DNA of 64,000 nt, taken from the NCBI GenBank assembly GCA_963706595.1, contig OY970166.1, positions 5,376,001 through 5,440,000 of the forward strand, read 5' to 3'. How positions within the stretch are numbered: position 1 is the stretch's first letter; each line of letters begins with the position of its first letter. Of the stretch, positions 63,164 through 64,000 are shown in pieces. The DNA is from an uncultured cyanobacterium (GTDB lineage Bacteria; Cyanobacteriota; Cyanobacteriia; Cyanobacteriales; Nostocaceae). The notes below the pieces were generated by a model. The model saw nothing but the letters and a program-made list of their open reading frames with translations, was not told the DNA's origin and did no database searches. The position numbers were made by a program, and so were the translations under genes.

Positions 63164-64000
63164 ATGAAAGTTCGTGTAGGAATCAATGGATTCGGTAGAA
63201 TCGGACGGCTGGCTCTGCGGGCTGCGTGGGGTTGGTCAGAATTAGAGTTTGTCCATATCAATGAAATTAAAGGTGGGGCTGTAACTGCTGCACACTTGCT
63301 GAAGTTTGATTCTGTTCACGGACGCTGGACACCAGAGGTAGAAGCCCAAGGGGAATGTGTATTAATTGACGGTAAACCTCTGAGCTTTAGTGAGTCTGCT
63401 CAACCGGGTGACGTTCCTTGGGATGAGTTGGGTGTTGATTTGGTGCTGGAATGCTCTGGTAAATTTAGAACACCTGCGACTCTCGACCCCTATTTTAAGA
63501 GAGGAATACAAAAGGTAATTGTGGCTGCGCCGGTGAAGGAAGAAGCCTTAAATATTGTCATGGGGGTAAATGACCACCTCTATCAGCCGGAAAAGCATCA
63601 TCTATTAACTGCTGCTTCTTGTACTACTAACTGTTTGGCTCCAGTAGTCAAGGTAATTCATGAGGGTTTGGGGATTAAGCATGGCATTATTACCACCATT
63701 CATGACAATACCAATACTCAAACAATTGTTGATGCACCCCATAAAGATTTGCGTCGGGCGAGGGCTACGAGTATGTCTCTGATTCCCACAACTACTGGGT
63801 CAGCCACAGCAATTGGTTTGATTTATCCCGAACTCAACGGTAAGCTCAACGGTTTAGCTGTGAGAGTACCATTACTCAATGCTTCTTTAACAGACTGTGT
63901 GTTTGAAGTTATGCGACCAACCACAGTAGCAGAAGTTAATAGTTTGTTGAAAGCAGCTTCTGAACAAGCACCACTTAAAGATATTTTGGGTTATGAAGAG
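63164..64000 (+). CDS. gap3: ArsJ-associated (Gap3-type) glyceraldehyde-3-phosphate dehydrogenase, runs off the window
   Basis: [67 protein letters not shown]. Confidence 0.9.
   Translation, partial: MKVRVGINGFGRIGRLALRAAWGWSELEFVHINEIKGGAVTAAHLLKFDSVHGRWTPEVEAQGECVLIDGKPLSFSESAQPGDVPWDELGVDLVLECSGKFRTPATLDPYFKRGIQKVIVAAPVKEEALNIVMGVNDHLYQPEKHHLLTAASCTTNCLAPVVKVIHEGLGIKHGIITTIHDNTNTQTIVDAPHKDLRRARATSMSLIPTTTGSATAIGLIYPELNGKLNGLAVRVPLLNASLTDCVFEVMRPTTVAEVNSLLKAASEQAPLKDILGYEE

Overview
Chromosomal segment of a filamentous, probably heterocyst-forming (Nostocales-type) cyanobacterium, judged from frequent HIP1 octamers (GCGATCGC), heptamer tandem repeats and cyanobacterial gene content. Mostly housekeeping blocks: putative 6S RNA, accB-efp, CYP38-type cyclophilin, thiL, gap2, nadD, murC-murB-ybaB, smpB, ictB, a cyanoexosortase B / Wza / Wzc locus followed by two rhomboids, clC, cyAbrB, rrf2-cbiB-pyrR with a three-gene two-component cluster, sbp-cysT-cysW, lysA-cdaA-uppS, rimI and clpC. 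The right end is accessory: a small gene pair with an aspartic protease, a Bpu10I-family/C5-MTase R-M system, an orphan YhdJ/AvaIII-type MTase and an ArsR-boxed arsenate-type GAPDH. There are two decayed IS200/IS605 elements (one within a shattered alanine-glyoxylate aminotransferase gene) and many MITE/REP/SDR micro-elements. The most striking pattern is a set of 21-24 nt double-hairpin micro-elements inserted in frame at one position of HIP1 sites inside murC, murB, a phosphatase and a sensor kinase. Eight single-base frameshifts in seven otherwise intact conserved genes most likely reflect sequencing error. No CRISPR array, rRNA or tRNA was seen. All protein family calls come from motif recognition, not database searches.
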